From: an uncultured Candidatus Saccharibacteria bacterium
GTDB taxonomy: Bacteria; Patescibacteriota; Dojkabacteria; SC72
DNA: 64,000 nucleotides
Reading direction: 5' to 3'
Assembly (NCBI GenBank): GCA_964514595.1
Contig: CAZEQZ010000001.1
Span: 107,914-171,913, forward strand
Position numbers and translations under genes: made by a program. The notes beneath the pieces were generated by a model. That model saw nothing but the letters and a program-made list of their open reading frames with translations. It ran no database searches and was not told the DNA's origin. The stretch's first letter is position 1. The number at the start of each line of letters is the position of its first letter. Shown in pieces: positions 26,956-37,436 of this stretch.

Positions 26956-27432
26956 ATGGTTGTTAATTTCCATAATTGGAGTGTTCTAAAAAAATGTTTT
27001 TTCAGTTTGTCATATACAAAATCCACATTAGAGAGGGTTATAAGATTCTATTTCCCTGATAGTAAAATACAGAAAGCCGACATAATCTTTGTTAGTGAGG
27101 AAAAGATTATGGGATTAAACAAGCAATTTAGAAAGAAGAATACTCCCACGGACGTTCTAACATTTATAATTTCTGAAAACCCACTTATAGGTGAGATATA
27201 TGTGTGTCCAGAGTACATATCAAAGAAATATGATGAGAGAGAGGTTCTAAGAAGTGTAATACATGGGTTCTTGCATCTAGAAGGATATGAACATAGTGGT
27301 AATTTTCAGGAAGAGGATTTTTCTAATGAGGAAATGTTTGTAAAACAGGAGAATATATTGCAGAATATATGGTATGAAATTAATAGTAGGTCTGGGAAAC
27401 CCAGAAGAAAAATATCTGCAGACAAGGCATAA
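26956..27432 (+). CDS. ybeY: rRNA maturation RNase YbeY
   Basis: LNKQFRKKNTPTDVLTF, GEIYVC, HGFLHLEGYEH. Confidence 0.92.
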   Translation: MVVNFHNWSVLKKCFFSLSYTKSTLERVIRFYFPDSKIQKADIIFVSEEKIMGLNKQFRKKNTPTDVLTFIISENPLIGEIYVCPEYISKKYDEREVLRSVIHGFLHLEGYEHSGNFQEEDFSNEEMFVKQENILQNIWYEINSRSGKPRRKISADKA

Positions 27433-27937
27433 TGTCGGTTTTCTTTTTGTTGATTCCTTAAGAGAGAAATTCCTCTATCAAAGGGATATATATGCTACTG
27501 ATTGGAAAGAGGAGGATACATTCAATTCACAGATGTGCTTTCTAAAGGAGGGTTCTAGGATAGTGGCAATACTTCTAAAACCTTTAACATATATGAATAA
27601 ATCAGGTGATGCTGTAAGGAAGGTTATTAAGAAATTTGATGTTGAGAGTATAAGTGATGATTTGATTCTTGTTCACGATGATTTGGATATAGGGATAGGG
27701 GACTTTAAGATTCAGGTGGGGAAATCTCCACTAGGGCATAATGGTGTTAAAAGTGTAGAAGATGGTGTAGGGACAGTAGATTTCAAAAGGGTTAGGATAG
27801 GTATAGAGGGTAGGGAGGAGAATTCTGTTCCTGGTGAGGATTATGTTCTAATGAAATTTACTAAAGAAGAGAAAGAAACGATAGAGGAAGTAATACAGGA
27901 TGCAATAAGGGGTGTGTTAGCAGATATATTAATCTAA
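27374..27937 (+). CDS. pth: Peptidyl-tRNA hydrolase
   Basis: LIVGLGNP, TRHNVGF, KPLTYMNKSG, HDDLD, GHNGVKS. Confidence 0.97.
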   Translation: MKLIVGLGNPEEKYLQTRHNVGFLFVDSLREKFLYQRDIYATDWKEEDTFNSQMCFLKEGSRIVAILLKPLTYMNKSGDAVRKVIKKFDVESISDDLILVHDDLDIGIGDFKIQVGKSPLGHNGVKSVEDGVGTVDFKRVRIGIEGREENSVPGEDYVLMKFTKEEKETIEEVIQDAIRGVLADILI

Positions 27938-29161
27938 TTACTTCTGAATGTATATCTTTGATATTTCATCATCATATGTTTCCCTTATGCTTTGATATGA
28001 GTGCATAGAAAGATTATAATCTGTATCTAATACAGTAGCCAAATAATTACCCTCTAGGGTAATTCCTAAGTTTAATACCTCTCCGTGGGAATCAATTAAA
28101 AAGAATATTTTAGAGCTTGGAATGTTAACTGTGGCATCCAAATTTAATTCAATAAGTTCGTCCTCCTCCTGGAGGTATTCAAATAGTAGGGTTTGGTAAT
28201 CATACTGATGGGAGTAGGATATGAATCCATCTCTTTTGATTGCAGAATCTCTTAATACTGGCTCTATGGGGAGATTAATATTGTAATACGTCTGGGCAAT
28301 TATACGATATGAATCAAATCCCCCAAGCGTATATTTAAGTTTAGAAGATAGTTGGTTGTTTCCTTTTGAGGTCCATTTCTGTGAATTAATAACGTCCAGT
28401 GTACTGTCCAAAATCTCTATCTCCTTAGCTTTCTGTATATTATCTTCTCCCGTATTCCCCACATCCATATCCATACGATCTATGAAGGTATCATAATCCA
28501 AATCATAATGAATCTCCCCATTCTTGTCATACATATACATTCGATTGTATGTATTAAATGATATATATGCAGATACGGGAAGATATGTAACTGAAAGACA
28601 TATTAGACCCTTTAATACAGTAGTGATAATTTTGCTATTTTTAAGGAAATTATCATATACGTAATATATGAAAATAGATATCGCTAATATTTCTATGGCA
28701 AAGAAGAAACTAAAGAAGTATCCTGCGTGTAAATTAGGTTCAAACAGGTATTTAAAGAGATATATTTTACTACTAGAAATCGGATAGAAGAGAATGATAC
28801 TTCCAGAAAGGAGGTCTGCTAGGAGATGAAAGAGTGTGGCTACGAGGAATGTATTAGCAAGAATATTTAGCAGGTTTCTATCCAACACAAAGGTTGTTTT
28901 CTTCGCAAGTATCCTATGAAAAGGATTAATTAGAAGTTTGAGTAATAACCATATAGCTATATAAAAGATGGGGGTGTGAGTGATAATACTGTGATGAATA
29001 AATCCAGGGATATTAAGAAAAAGATCAAAGTCGGGAAGTATTCCAAAGAGCATACTAAATACAGCTACCAATATTTGTTCGTTGAGTTTAAGTTTCTTAA
29101 TCTCCCTTTTTTGAATTACCTCATTTGCAAGATATGATATCGGTGCGTGTGCAATGTACAT
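27938..29161 (-). CDS. Membrane-bound metal-dependent hydrolase (YdjM-like) with C-terminal soluble extension
   Basis: AH, ILPDFD, HHSIITHT, HLLADL motifs and multiple TM segments. Confidence 0.75.
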   Translation of the reverse strand: MYIAHAPISYLANEVIQKREIKKLKLNEQILVAVFSMLFGILPDFDLFLNIPGFIHHSIITHTPIFYIAIWLLLKLLINPFHRILAKKTTFVLDRNLLNILANTFLVATLFHLLADLLSGSIILFYPISSSKIYLFKYLFEPNLHAGYFFSFFFAIEILAISIFIYYVYDNFLKNSKIITTVLKGLICLSVTYLPVSAYISFNTYNRMYMYDKNGEIHYDLDYDTFIDRMDMDVGNTGEDNIQKAKEIEILDSTLDVINSQKWTSKGNNQLSSKLKYTLGGFDSYRIIAQTYYNINLPIEPVLRDSAIKRDGFISYSHQYDYQTLLFEYLQEEDELIELNLDATVNIPSSKIFFLIDSHGEVLNLGITLEGNYLATVLDTDYNLSMHSYQSIRETYDDEISKIYIQK

Positions 29162-29224
29162 AGGTGGTATTTTAAAATTACTCCACTATTATACATATTC
29201 TTAGGGAGTTGATAAAATAGCGAT

Positions 29225-31645
29225 GTGAAAAAAGAGAATTTTAACAACAATATATTAAATAATCTTGTGGGAAGATATTCTCACTTAATAGAGGATATAA
29301 AAGATGTTGAGAAAGTCACTGGTGTAGACACAGAGTACTATGAACTATCCTGTGAATTACTGGGTATCCTTCTTAACAGAGTGGTATGGCTCTCCACGAG
29401 TGAAAATACCCAAACAGAAAAGAGGAGAGTGTTGTTGAAAATGGGAGAAGTATTTGACATAAATTCTTTAATAAACATAGGCTACGAGAGAGTAGAAAGA
29501 GTATGGAATGAGGGGGAGATATCAGTATTGGGAGATGTGATAATAATATGGCCTTTTAGTATGAACAGGCTTGTTAGATTAAGTTTGTTCGGAGAGAAAG
29601 TAGAAAATATATCCGTAGTGGATGTAGATAGCCGAAGGAAGATTAAGGATGTGGAACAGAGGATGTTTTTAGGAAAAGGGGAACAGCTGTTAGTCGGAAA
29701 TGAGGACTCCAAGGGAAGTATAAATATTTCAATGGTAAAGAGTATCGGTGATACTAAGGGTGCAATAGATCTAGGGATTAGATCTATTCCAAATCTAGAG
29801 ACATACTCTTCAAGAAGAGCTGTTGTAGAGATAGTGAAAAATTATAGAAGTAGGGGATATGAAGTTTGGTATTTAAGCAGAAGTATAGATAAATATGATT
29901 TGCAGGTGGAGAAGGAATTAAAAGAGAGTATAGATGATGTGTTCGCTGTCCATAATCACTTCGAAAGGAGTATAAACAGAGGTTTTGTATCCTCTGTTGC
30001 TAAAGTGTTGCTTTTAACAGATTTAGAGGTTCTAGGAGAGCTAGACCTTTCAATGTATGAGAAGAGGAACCTAAGTATGGACCCTGGTTCTGTAGAGATA
30101 TTGAAAAAAGTAATACCGGGGGAATATATAGTCCATCAGGATCATGGAATTGGAAAGTTTGTTGGTTTAGTAAAGAAGGAACATGGGCCATACATCCACA
30201 TATCATATGCTGGGGAGGATAATTTATATGTACCATTAAGTGCATCTGAGAAGTTAACAAAGTACATTGGAGCAGGTAAAAAAAGACCGATTTTGACTGG
30301 TTTAAATAGTGGAGTATGGAAGAGGATATCTAAAAAAGCACAGGAGAGAGCAGAAGATATAGCCAAGGAGCTTTTGCAACTATATGCTCTAAGGGAAGCA
30401 TCAAGGACAGCTAGGTTTCTAAACTCAAAGGATGATGTTAATGATTTGAATACATTTATAAAACAGTTTGAATTTGAAGATACAGATGATCAAATAGTAG
30501 CTACAAATCACCTAATCAAAGATTTTGAAAGTAGTAGACCAATGGATAGATTATTAGTTGGAGATGTGGGGTATGGAAAGACCGAGATAGCTGCAAGAGC
30601 AGTATTTGTAGCTGTGAATTCAGGGTATCAAGTTGCCATATTAGCACCCACTACTGTACTTATAGAACAGCATATGGCTGTATTTAAAGAAAGGTTTAAA
30701 AACTATCCATTCACGATATCTTCTCTTTCTCGATTCTCTGCGCAGGGTGAGAAGGAGAAAGTAAAGGAGGGATTAAGAAAGGGTACGGTTGATATTGTAA
30801 TTGGTACGCATGCACTTCTATCCAAAGATATTTCTTTTAAAAACCTAGGCCTTTTGGTAATAGACGAGGAACAGAAGTTTGGAGTTAAACAGAAGGAGCA
30901 GATTAAAGCTAAAAGAGTTGATACCAATGTCCTTTCCTTAACAGCAACACCTATCCCTAGAACTTTAAATATGGCCTTAGCTGGAATTAGAGATATATCA
31001 GTATTGGCCACACCTCCATCTGGGAGAAAGGAGATAGTTAATTATTTTGAAAGATTTAATTGGAGTAGTGTAAAAGAGGCTATACAGAAAGAGCTACAAA
31101 GGGGTGGTCAGATATATTTTCTGCACAATAGAGTCAACACAATACAGTATATATATGACAGATTGGTTAAAATGTTTCCTCACAGTAATATATCTATTGC
31201 TCATGGGCAAATGAGTGTACAACAATTATCTAACAGTATGAGTGAGTTTGTTAAAGGAAATACTGATATTTTGGTATGTACCACCATCATAGAGAATGGA
31301 TTAGATATCCCTACTGTTAACACATTAATCATAGATGATGCCACTATGTTGGGTCTCTCTCAGATGTATCAGATTAGGGGTAGAATAGGGAGATCTAATA
31401 TACAGGCATATGCATACTTTTTCTTTGAAAATCTTAAAGGAGATGCTGTACTCAGATTGGAAGCTATAAAAGAGTCGCAGGAGTTAGGTTCAGGTTTCTT
31501 ACTCTCTAACAAGGATTTGGAGATTAGAGGAGCAGGAGATATATTAGGAAAAAATCAATCTGGGACTATAAACTCTGTGGGCTATGGACTGTACTCTCAA
31601 ATGTTAGAAAAAGCTGTAAAAGAATTGAAAGATATGGGTAAATAA
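29225..31645 (+). CDS. mfd: Transcription-repair coupling factor Mfd, shortened
   Basis: RID motif VHQDHGIGKF, MDRLLVGDVGYGKTE, DEEQKFGV, TATPIPRT, QIRGRIGR, DLEIRGAG; start codon uncertain. Confidence 0.92.
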   Translation: MKKENFNNNILNNLVGRYSHLIEDIKDVEKVTGVDTEYYELSCELLGILLNRVVWLSTSENTQTEKRRVLLKMGEVFDINSLINIGYERVERVWNEGEISVLGDVIIIWPFSMNRLVRLSLFGEKVENISVVDVDSRRKIKDVEQRMFLGKGEQLLVGNEDSKGSINISMVKSIGDTKGAIDLGIRSIPNLETYSSRRAVVEIVKNYRSRGYEVWYLSRSIDKYDLQVEKELKESIDDVFAVHNHFERSINRGFVSSVAKVLLLTDLEVLGELDLSMYEKRNLSMDPGSVEILKKVIPGEYIVHQDHGIGKFVGLVKKEHGPYIHISYAGEDNLYVPLSASEKLTKYIGAGKKRPILTGLNSGVWKRISKKAQERAEDIAKELLQLYALREASRTARFLNSKDDVNDLNTFIKQFEFEDTDDQIVATNHLIKDFESSRPMDRLLVGDVGYGKTEIAARAVFVAVNSGYQVAILAPTTVLIEQHMAVFKERFKNYPFTISSLSRFSAQGEKEKVKEGLRKGTVDIVIGTHALLSKDISFKNLGLLVIDEEQKFGVKQKEQIKAKRVDTNVLSLTATPIPRTLNMALAGIRDISVLATPPSGRKEIVNYFERFNWSSVKEAIQKELQRGGQIYFLHNRVNTIQYIYDRLVKMFPHSNISIAHGQMSVQQLSNSMSEFVKGNTDILVCTTIIENGLDIPTVNTLIIDDATMLGLSQMYQIRGRIGRSNIQAYAYFFFENLKGDAVLRLEAIKESQELGSGFLLSNKDLEIRGAGDILGKNQSGTINSVGYGLYSQMLEKAVKELKDMGK

Positions 31646-31686
31646 TTTTCACTTGGCAAAGCTTTAAGTTTGCTCTAGTATATACC

Positions 31687-33225
31687 ATGCCTTCAGTACT
31701 GTATCAAAAATATAGGTCCATGGACTTTGATGAAATCAAGGGGCAGGACCATGTTACAAAGCTTTTAAAGAATGCTGTAAAGGGCAATCAGATAGCTCAA
31801 GCATATCTTTTTGTTGGTTCTAGGGGTACTGGGAAGACTTCCACAGCAAGAATATTAGCAAAGGCAGTTAATTGTATTAATCCTAAAAAGGATGGGAATC
31901 CGTGTAATGAGTGTGAGTACTGTGTGAGTATATCTACAGGGAAATTTTTGGATCTAATTGAGATAGATGCAGCATCAAATAGGGGTATAGATCAGATTAG
32001 GGAGCTAAAGGAAAAAATAGAGTTTTCACCATCTGAGGGGAAATTTAAGATATATATCATAGATGAGGTGCATATGTTGACCACAGAGGCGTTTAATGCG
32101 CTTCTTAAGACCTTAGAGGAGCCTCCAGCTCATGTTATATTCATTCTTGCAACTACAGATGTACATAAGCTTCCTCCCACGATTCTTTCTAGGTGTCAGA
32201 GGTATGATTTTAGACTAGGGACAGAGAAGGAGTTAGAAGAGTTAATTAAGGATATAACTAAAAAAGAGAAGATTAAGATAGAGGATGAAGCATTGGATAT
32301 AGTTATTCAGAACGCAAAGGGTAGCTATAGAGATGCTCTTTCCACTTTGGATGTAGTATATACAGGTCAAGATGAGAATAAGTCAGAAATAAAAGCGGAG
32401 GAAGCAAGGGAGGTGTTAGGACTGCCTGATTTTGATAGTGTAATTTCATTATTAAAGCACTTAATAGATGGAAATGGGCAGAAAGCATTAGATATTGTAG
32501 AGAGTTTAGAAAAGAAAGGTGTTAATCTCCAGCAATTTACTAGCTATGTTTTAGACATATTAAGGGACATATTAGTTGGTACTATAAAGGAGGATCTAGA
32601 CAAGAAGTATGAATTTGCAAAGGATGTAGATATTAAGCTACTTCATAGACTAATTAATCTGTTCCTAGAGGCAGAAAATAGGATTAGGTATGCAAATAAT
32701 CAAGCCTTAGTGATAGAAATGATAATACCTGAAATGATGAGGGCTAATGTGGGCAAGGATGTGGAGATAGTTAATAAAGATGTGAAGAAAAGAATAACTC
32801 ACGATAATGAGGAGGTGGTTGATAGGGATGATAAGGCCCCGGACATACCTGTTAATGAAATAGTGAGTAAGTGGGAGGAGTTTGTGAATGAGATTAAGCC
32901 ATTTAATGGACATCTGTACGCGTTTCTTGGGAGTGCGAATGTGAAAAATTTTGACAAAGGAATACTATATATGGAGGTCCCATTCCAATTTCATAAAGAG
33001 AGAATGGAGGTTCCAAAGAGTAGGAATGCAATATCGGAGACATTTAAAAGAATATATGGGAGAGGATGTAATATATCTTGTGTAGTGAATCCCGATATCA
33101 AGCCTAAGAATAAGTCTGATGCTGATTTTGTTTTAAAAAAACTACCTATAATCAAACCTAATAAAGAGAAAACAGAGAAAAAGAAGGTTACTACAAACAT
33201 AGAAGCGATATTTGAAGGTATGTAG
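31687..33225 (+). CDS. dnaX: DNA polymerase III subunit gamma/tau
   Basis: GSRGTGKTS, EIDAASNRG, IDEVHML, SRCQ. Confidence 0.97.
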   Translation: MPSVLYQKYRSMDFDEIKGQDHVTKLLKNAVKGNQIAQAYLFVGSRGTGKTSTARILAKAVNCINPKKDGNPCNECEYCVSISTGKFLDLIEIDAASNRGIDQIRELKEKIEFSPSEGKFKIYIIDEVHMLTTEAFNALLKTLEEPPAHVIFILATTDVHKLPPTILSRCQRYDFRLGTEKELEELIKDITKKEKIKIEDEALDIVIQNAKGSYRDALSTLDVVYTGQDENKSEIKAEEAREVLGLPDFDSVISLLKHLIDGNGQKALDIVESLEKKGVNLQQFTSYVLDILRDILVGTIKEDLDKKYEFAKDVDIKLLHRLINLFLEAENRIRYANNQALVIEMIIPEMMRANVGKDVEIVNKDVKKRITHDNEEVVDRDDKAPDIPVNEIVSKWEEFVNEIKPFNGHLYAFLGSANVKNFDKGILYMEVPFQFHKERMEVPKSRNAISETFKRIYGRGCNISCVVNPDIKPKNKSDADFVLKKLPIIKPNKEKTEKKKVTTNIEAIFEGM

Positions 33226-33279
33226 AATTATCAATTTAGGATATAATGTATCCATTACTTAAGTTTTTTGTTTAATACT

Positions 33280-33570
33280 ATGTTAAACCCTGTAGAGATA
33301 TTAAAAATGCAAAGTGAAGCTAAAAAATTGCAGAATAAGTTAAGAGAGAGAAAGATTAAAGGAGAGTCTAAGAATGGGATGATTAGAATCTATATGAATG
33401 CAGCGCAGGAATTTGAGGATGTACATATAGATGAGGAGTATCTTTCTCCAGATATGGAAGATGCCCTTAAAAAGGGCTTTAAGGAAGCATTCAAGGATTA
33501 TCAAAAGAAGTTGCAAAAAGAGATGGTCCAGGATATGGATATAGATCAATTAAAGAGTATGTTTAAGTAA
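33280..33570 (+). CDS. ybaB: YbaB/EbfC nucleoid-associated protein
   Basis: KMQSEAKKLQ...GESKNGMIRIYMN; located between dnaX and recR. Confidence 0.8.
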   Translation: MLNPVEILKMQSEAKKLQNKLRERKIKGESKNGMIRIYMNAAQEFEDVHIDEEYLSPDMEDALKKGFKEAFKDYQKKLQKEMVQDMDIDQLKSMFK

Positions 33571-33572
33571 AT

Positions 33573-34196
33573 ATGTCTGTATTACCTAGTAGTGTAGAAC
33601 AAGTAATTGAGGAATTTAGTAGACTGCCAGGTATTGGACCAAAGTCTGCTTCTAGGATGGCATATCACTATCTTAGATCCCCCAATAAGGATGCCTCTAA
33701 GTTAGCTCAGGCTCTAAAAGATATGGATGATACTGTTAAGAGTTGTAGGAGTTGTTTCAATGTCACAGATAAAGAGGAGTGTGATATATGTGGTAGTCCA
33801 CTTAGAAAAAAGGATAAGCTTTGTATAGTAGAAGAGCCTTTAGATGTAGTGGCTTTTGAAAATTCTGGTATATATGATGGACTATATTTTGTATTAGGGG
33901 GGGTAATATCTCCTGCGGAGGGTATAGGGGCAGACGAGTTGAGATTTAAAGAATTGGATAAAAGAGTAAGGGAATTGTTGGCTAAGAGTAATGAAATAGA
34001 GGTTATAGTAGCCACCAATCCAAGCCTAGAGGGTGAGGCCACATCAAGTTATATAATTGATCTGTTTAAGAGTTTGATAAAAGAGGGTAAAATAAAGATG
34101 ACTAGATTAGCAATGGGATTGCCAACTGGTGCTGATTTAGAGTATGCAGATAGGTTAACTTTAAAAAAGGCTTTAGAAGGAAGGAGGGATATATAA
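33573..34196 (+). CDS. recR: Recombination mediator RecR
   Basis: LPGIGPKSA, C4 Zn finger, ATNPSLEGEAT, GADLEYAD. Confidence 0.97.
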   Translation: MSVLPSSVEQVIEEFSRLPGIGPKSASRMAYHYLRSPNKDASKLAQALKDMDDTVKSCRSCFNVTDKEECDICGSPLRKKDKLCIVEEPLDVVAFENSGIYDGLYFVLGGVISPAEGIGADELRFKELDKRVRELLAKSNEIEVIVATNPSLEGEATSSYIIDLFKSLIKEGKIKMTRLAMGLPTGADLEYADRLTLKKALEGRRDI

Positions 34197-35644
34197 TGAG
34201 ACTGTATTCAACATTAGATAGGAAAATATTAGAGATAGAACCGATAGAGAAGGGTAAAGTGTCAATATATAGTTGTGGCCCTACAGTATACTCTAGGGCT
34301 CATACTGGGAACCTTCGGTCATCTGTTAATTGGGATATTCTTCAAAGGGCTTTAGTATACTTAGGATATGACGTTAAGAGGATTATGAATATGACAGATG
34401 TTGGTCATATGACATCAGATGCTGACTTTGGGGAGGACAAACTAGACAGGCAAGCATCTAAGGAGGGTATTCAACCAATAGATATAGCAAATAAGTATAT
34501 AGATACAGTTTTAGATGACTTTAGAGCATTAAATATTCTAGCCCCTAATGGGGAAATAATACCCAAAGAACTCACTCATGAGAATGTGAGTAAATATGGC
34601 TTCCCGAGAGCAACGGAGTATGTAGATGAAATGATAGAGGTTATAAAAAGTATAGAAGCTAATGGATATACATACGAAACAGAGCAGGCTTTATATTTTG
34701 ATGTAACCAAGATAGAGGATTATACAAAATTCACAGGACAGAACTTGGATGAGAAGGAGGTTGCAGTAAGGGAAGAGGTAGAAGTAGATCCTAATAAAAA
34801 ACATCCCGCTGATTTTGTACTTTGGATGAAAAGGTATGGAAAATATGAGAATCATATTATGAATTGGGAATCTCCATGGGGAAATGGGTTTCCAGGATGG
34901 CACATAGAGTGTACAGCTATGGGAACGGCCTTGCTAGGGGAGAAATTTGATATTCATACAGGTGGCGTGGATCTTGTTTCTACTCACCATACAAACGAAA
35001 GGGCTCAAAATATTGGTGCTTTTGGTCATCCTGTTGTTAATTATTGGATACATAACGAATGGGTTGTTAATACAGAAAATGAAAAATTATCTAAAAGTGA
35101 GGGAAATGCAGAGGATCTACCTGGTATATTGGCATTAGGATTTGATGCGTTAGATGTGAGATATTTATTTGCCTCTATAAACTACAGAACTAAGATTCAA
35201 TTCTCTATGGAATCTTTGAAGGGTGCTAGAAATGCAAGATTATCCATAGTTAGAAGGGTAAGGGAACTAGGCAATGAAATAGGTAAATTACTTCCGGAGT
35301 ATTTAGATAGGTTTAAGAATGCATTAAAAGACAATCTGAATATGTCCGAAGTTATGTCCATACTGAATGAACTACTTAAATCTGATAATTCAAAAGAAGA
35401 CATATTAGCCACAGTATTGGATTTTGATAGAGTATTAGGTCTAGATCTGGATAAAGTGTCTAGTTCAGAGAGAGGATTATATATAGAAGGAAAAGATCCT
35501 CAATTAGACGAGCTATTAGATGCTAGGGAAGTGGCTAGGAAAGAGAAAAAATATCAAGAATCCGACAGATTAAGAGATGAAATAGGAAAGCTAGGGTACA
35601 TTGTAAAGGATACATCTGAGGGACAACAGGTTGAGAAGATATGA
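34196..35644 (+). CDS. cysS: Cysteine--tRNA ligase
   Basis: YSCGPTVY, HTGN, PGWHIEC, DIHTGG, KLSKS. Confidence 0.97.
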   Translation: MRLYSTLDRKILEIEPIEKGKVSIYSCGPTVYSRAHTGNLRSSVNWDILQRALVYLGYDVKRIMNMTDVGHMTSDADFGEDKLDRQASKEGIQPIDIANKYIDTVLDDFRALNILAPNGEIIPKELTHENVSKYGFPRATEYVDEMIEVIKSIEANGYTYETEQALYFDVTKIEDYTKFTGQNLDEKEVAVREEVEVDPNKKHPADFVLWMKRYGKYENHIMNWESPWGNGFPGWHIECTAMGTALLGEKFDIHTGGVDLVSTHHTNERAQNIGAFGHPVVNYWIHNEWVVNTENEKLSKSEGNAEDLPGILALGFDALDVRYLFASINYRTKIQFSMESLKGARNARLSIVRRVRELGNEIGKLLPEYLDRFKNALKDNLNMSEVMSILNELLKSDNSKEDILATVLDFDRVLGLDLDKVSSSERGLYIEGKDPQLDELLDAREVARKEKKYQESDRLRDEIGKLGYIVKDTSEGQQVEKI

Positions 35645-36528
35645 GCCAAAATACAATCTCCATAAAATTAAGCAAAAGAGAAGCAGAAGGCCTTAAGGAT
35701 ATTCTCTCTAAACATAAATGGTTTGAAGATAGCATAAATAATGAATACATTGCTCTTAGGATGAAGAATGAGAAAGGCTCGGTTTGTACTCTGTATACAA
35801 GTATGAAAATGGTACTGCAGGGAAATGAGGATTTTGGGGATATAGTTAATTCCTTAAAAGAGAAGGACACTGGGATAGAAGCTCATTTAGGTGTAGATGA
35901 GGTAGGAAAAGGAGATTATTTTGGTCCCTTGGTTGTAGTTGCTTGTTTTGTAGATTATGACTTTATCAAAAAGTACGGTAAATTAGGTATACAAGACTCT
36001 AAGAAATTTTCAGATAACAGTATAAGGAATATGTATGAACATCTTAAAAAGTATCCATATTACTATGTATCCATTGTAAAGCCAGAAGAGTACAACAAAC
36101 TTAATAAAGAATTAAAAAATGTTTCTATACTATTAGCTAAACAGCACTCCAAAGTTATAGAAATGGGATTGAAAGATCTAAAGGAGAAAGATGTTGAGTG
36201 TAAAAGGGTTGTAATAGACCAGTTTTCTTCTAAAGAGAGTAGGGTAATGAATGAGTTGGGTATATTAGGAAAGGGTGTAGAATTTGTGCAATTCCATAAA
36301 GGAGAGAGCGATTTGGCTGTTGCATCTGCATCCATTATTGCTAGGGGAATATTTCTTGAAGAAATGGATAGAATGGGGGACAGATATTACTTTGAATTCC
36401 CTAAGGGTGCTTCCAATGTAATATCTAGTGCTAAGGAATTTGTTAAAAAGCATGGAAGTGAAGAATTAGCCAAAGTAGCGAAGATTGATTTCAAAACCAC
36501 TAAGAAGGTTTTACAACCTTCTTTTTAG
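35641..36528 (+). CDS. rnhC: Ribonuclease HIII
   Basis: TBP-like N-domain (LYTSMKMVLQG), GVDEVGKGDYFGPL, DSKK, DQF, VASASIIAR, PKGA. Confidence 0.93.
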   Translation: MSQNTISIKLSKREAEGLKDILSKHKWFEDSINNEYIALRMKNEKGSVCTLYTSMKMVLQGNEDFGDIVNSLKEKDTGIEAHLGVDEVGKGDYFGPLVVVACFVDYDFIKKYGKLGIQDSKKFSDNSIRNMYEHLKKYPYYYVSIVKPEEYNKLNKELKNVSILLAKQHSKVIEMGLKDLKEKDVECKRVVIDQFSSKESRVMNELGILGKGVEFVQFHKGESDLAVASASIIARGIFLEEMDRMGDRYYFEFPKGASNVISSAKEFVKKHGSEELAKVAKIDFKTTKKVLQPSF

Positions 36529-37429
36529 CCTTACTACTATCATTAACTATCGCTTTAATTAGTATTAATACTGCTAATAATAGTATGATCCCTAATACTA
36601 GTACTATGTAGTTGGGCTCTATAGATGTTTCTTTGAGAATATAGTTTTGGTCAATACCGTTATAAAATCTTCCAATTACTACTCTTTGATTATATATGTC
36701 AGTAATATCATATTTGGCTACTTCAAATTCTTCCTCAATAATCCCCCCCGGGTATAGTTTTTCTTCTTCTTTATTTATCTTTAAGTATATAGGTGCATAT
36801 TTCCCTTTCCTATTAAACACTTGTATCTCGCCCATGGGGGAAAGTACATAGTTAGTTACATTTTGATAGATATATTTAACTTTTGTAGGCCTAATAAATG
36901 GAATACCTCTCTCTACAACTTCTAAACTAATTTGTGCGAATTCTGTTGTAATGCCATATACTGCATTATCTGCCTCTATGATATGCAAAACAACTAGATG
37001 AGATATATTATCTATAACTCCTACGGGATTGGTCTGGTTTAGAAAGGAATCCTCACTTTGTGTTTGGAATACAATTAAATTAAAGTATGTTCCAGGTTCC
37101 ATATTAAGAGGAGGTACTATTTCATAGTTCAGTACTAAGACCTCTTCGGGCTTTACCTTAAATATTTCTCTATCTGCTTGTACAAATATATATCCCTGTG
37201 TATCAGTTATTTCCAATGTCTGAGGATTGTATGAATATATCCTAGGTATGACATATATGTCCTTTTTACCATCATTTTTAAAAGATACTGTCTCCCTTGT
37301 TCTTTCTTGGTTAGTAATCATTCTCTCTCTCTTGTATGGAGAGACAGTACTAGCTTTGGCAAGGGAAAAGGAGGGTATGAGAAACAATAGTATTAGGCAG
37401 ATTTTGACAAAAAACTTTCTATACAGCAT
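36500..37429 (-). CDS. Secreted beta-rich protein with C-terminal membrane anchor (DUF916/pilus chaperone-like)
   Basis: Signal peptide, TVSP, PGTYFNLIVF, YQNVTNYVLSPMGEIQVFN, C-terminal TM plus basic tail. Confidence 0.65.
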   Translation of the reverse strand: MLYRKFFVKICLILLFLIPSFSLAKASTVSPYKRERMITNQERTRETVSFKNDGKKDIYVIPRIYSYNPQTLEITDTQGYIFVQADREIFKVKPEEVLVLNYEIVPPLNMEPGTYFNLIVFQTQSEDSFLNQTNPVGVIDNISHLVVLHIIEADNAVYGITTEFAQISLEVVERGIPFIRPTKVKYIYQNVTNYVLSPMGEIQVFNRKGKYAPIYLKINKEEEKLYPGGIIEEEFEVAKYDITDIYNQRVVIGRFYNGIDQNYILKETSIEPNYIVLVLGIILLLAVLILIKAIVNDSSKAKKKVVKPS

Positions 37430-37436
37430 GTATATA

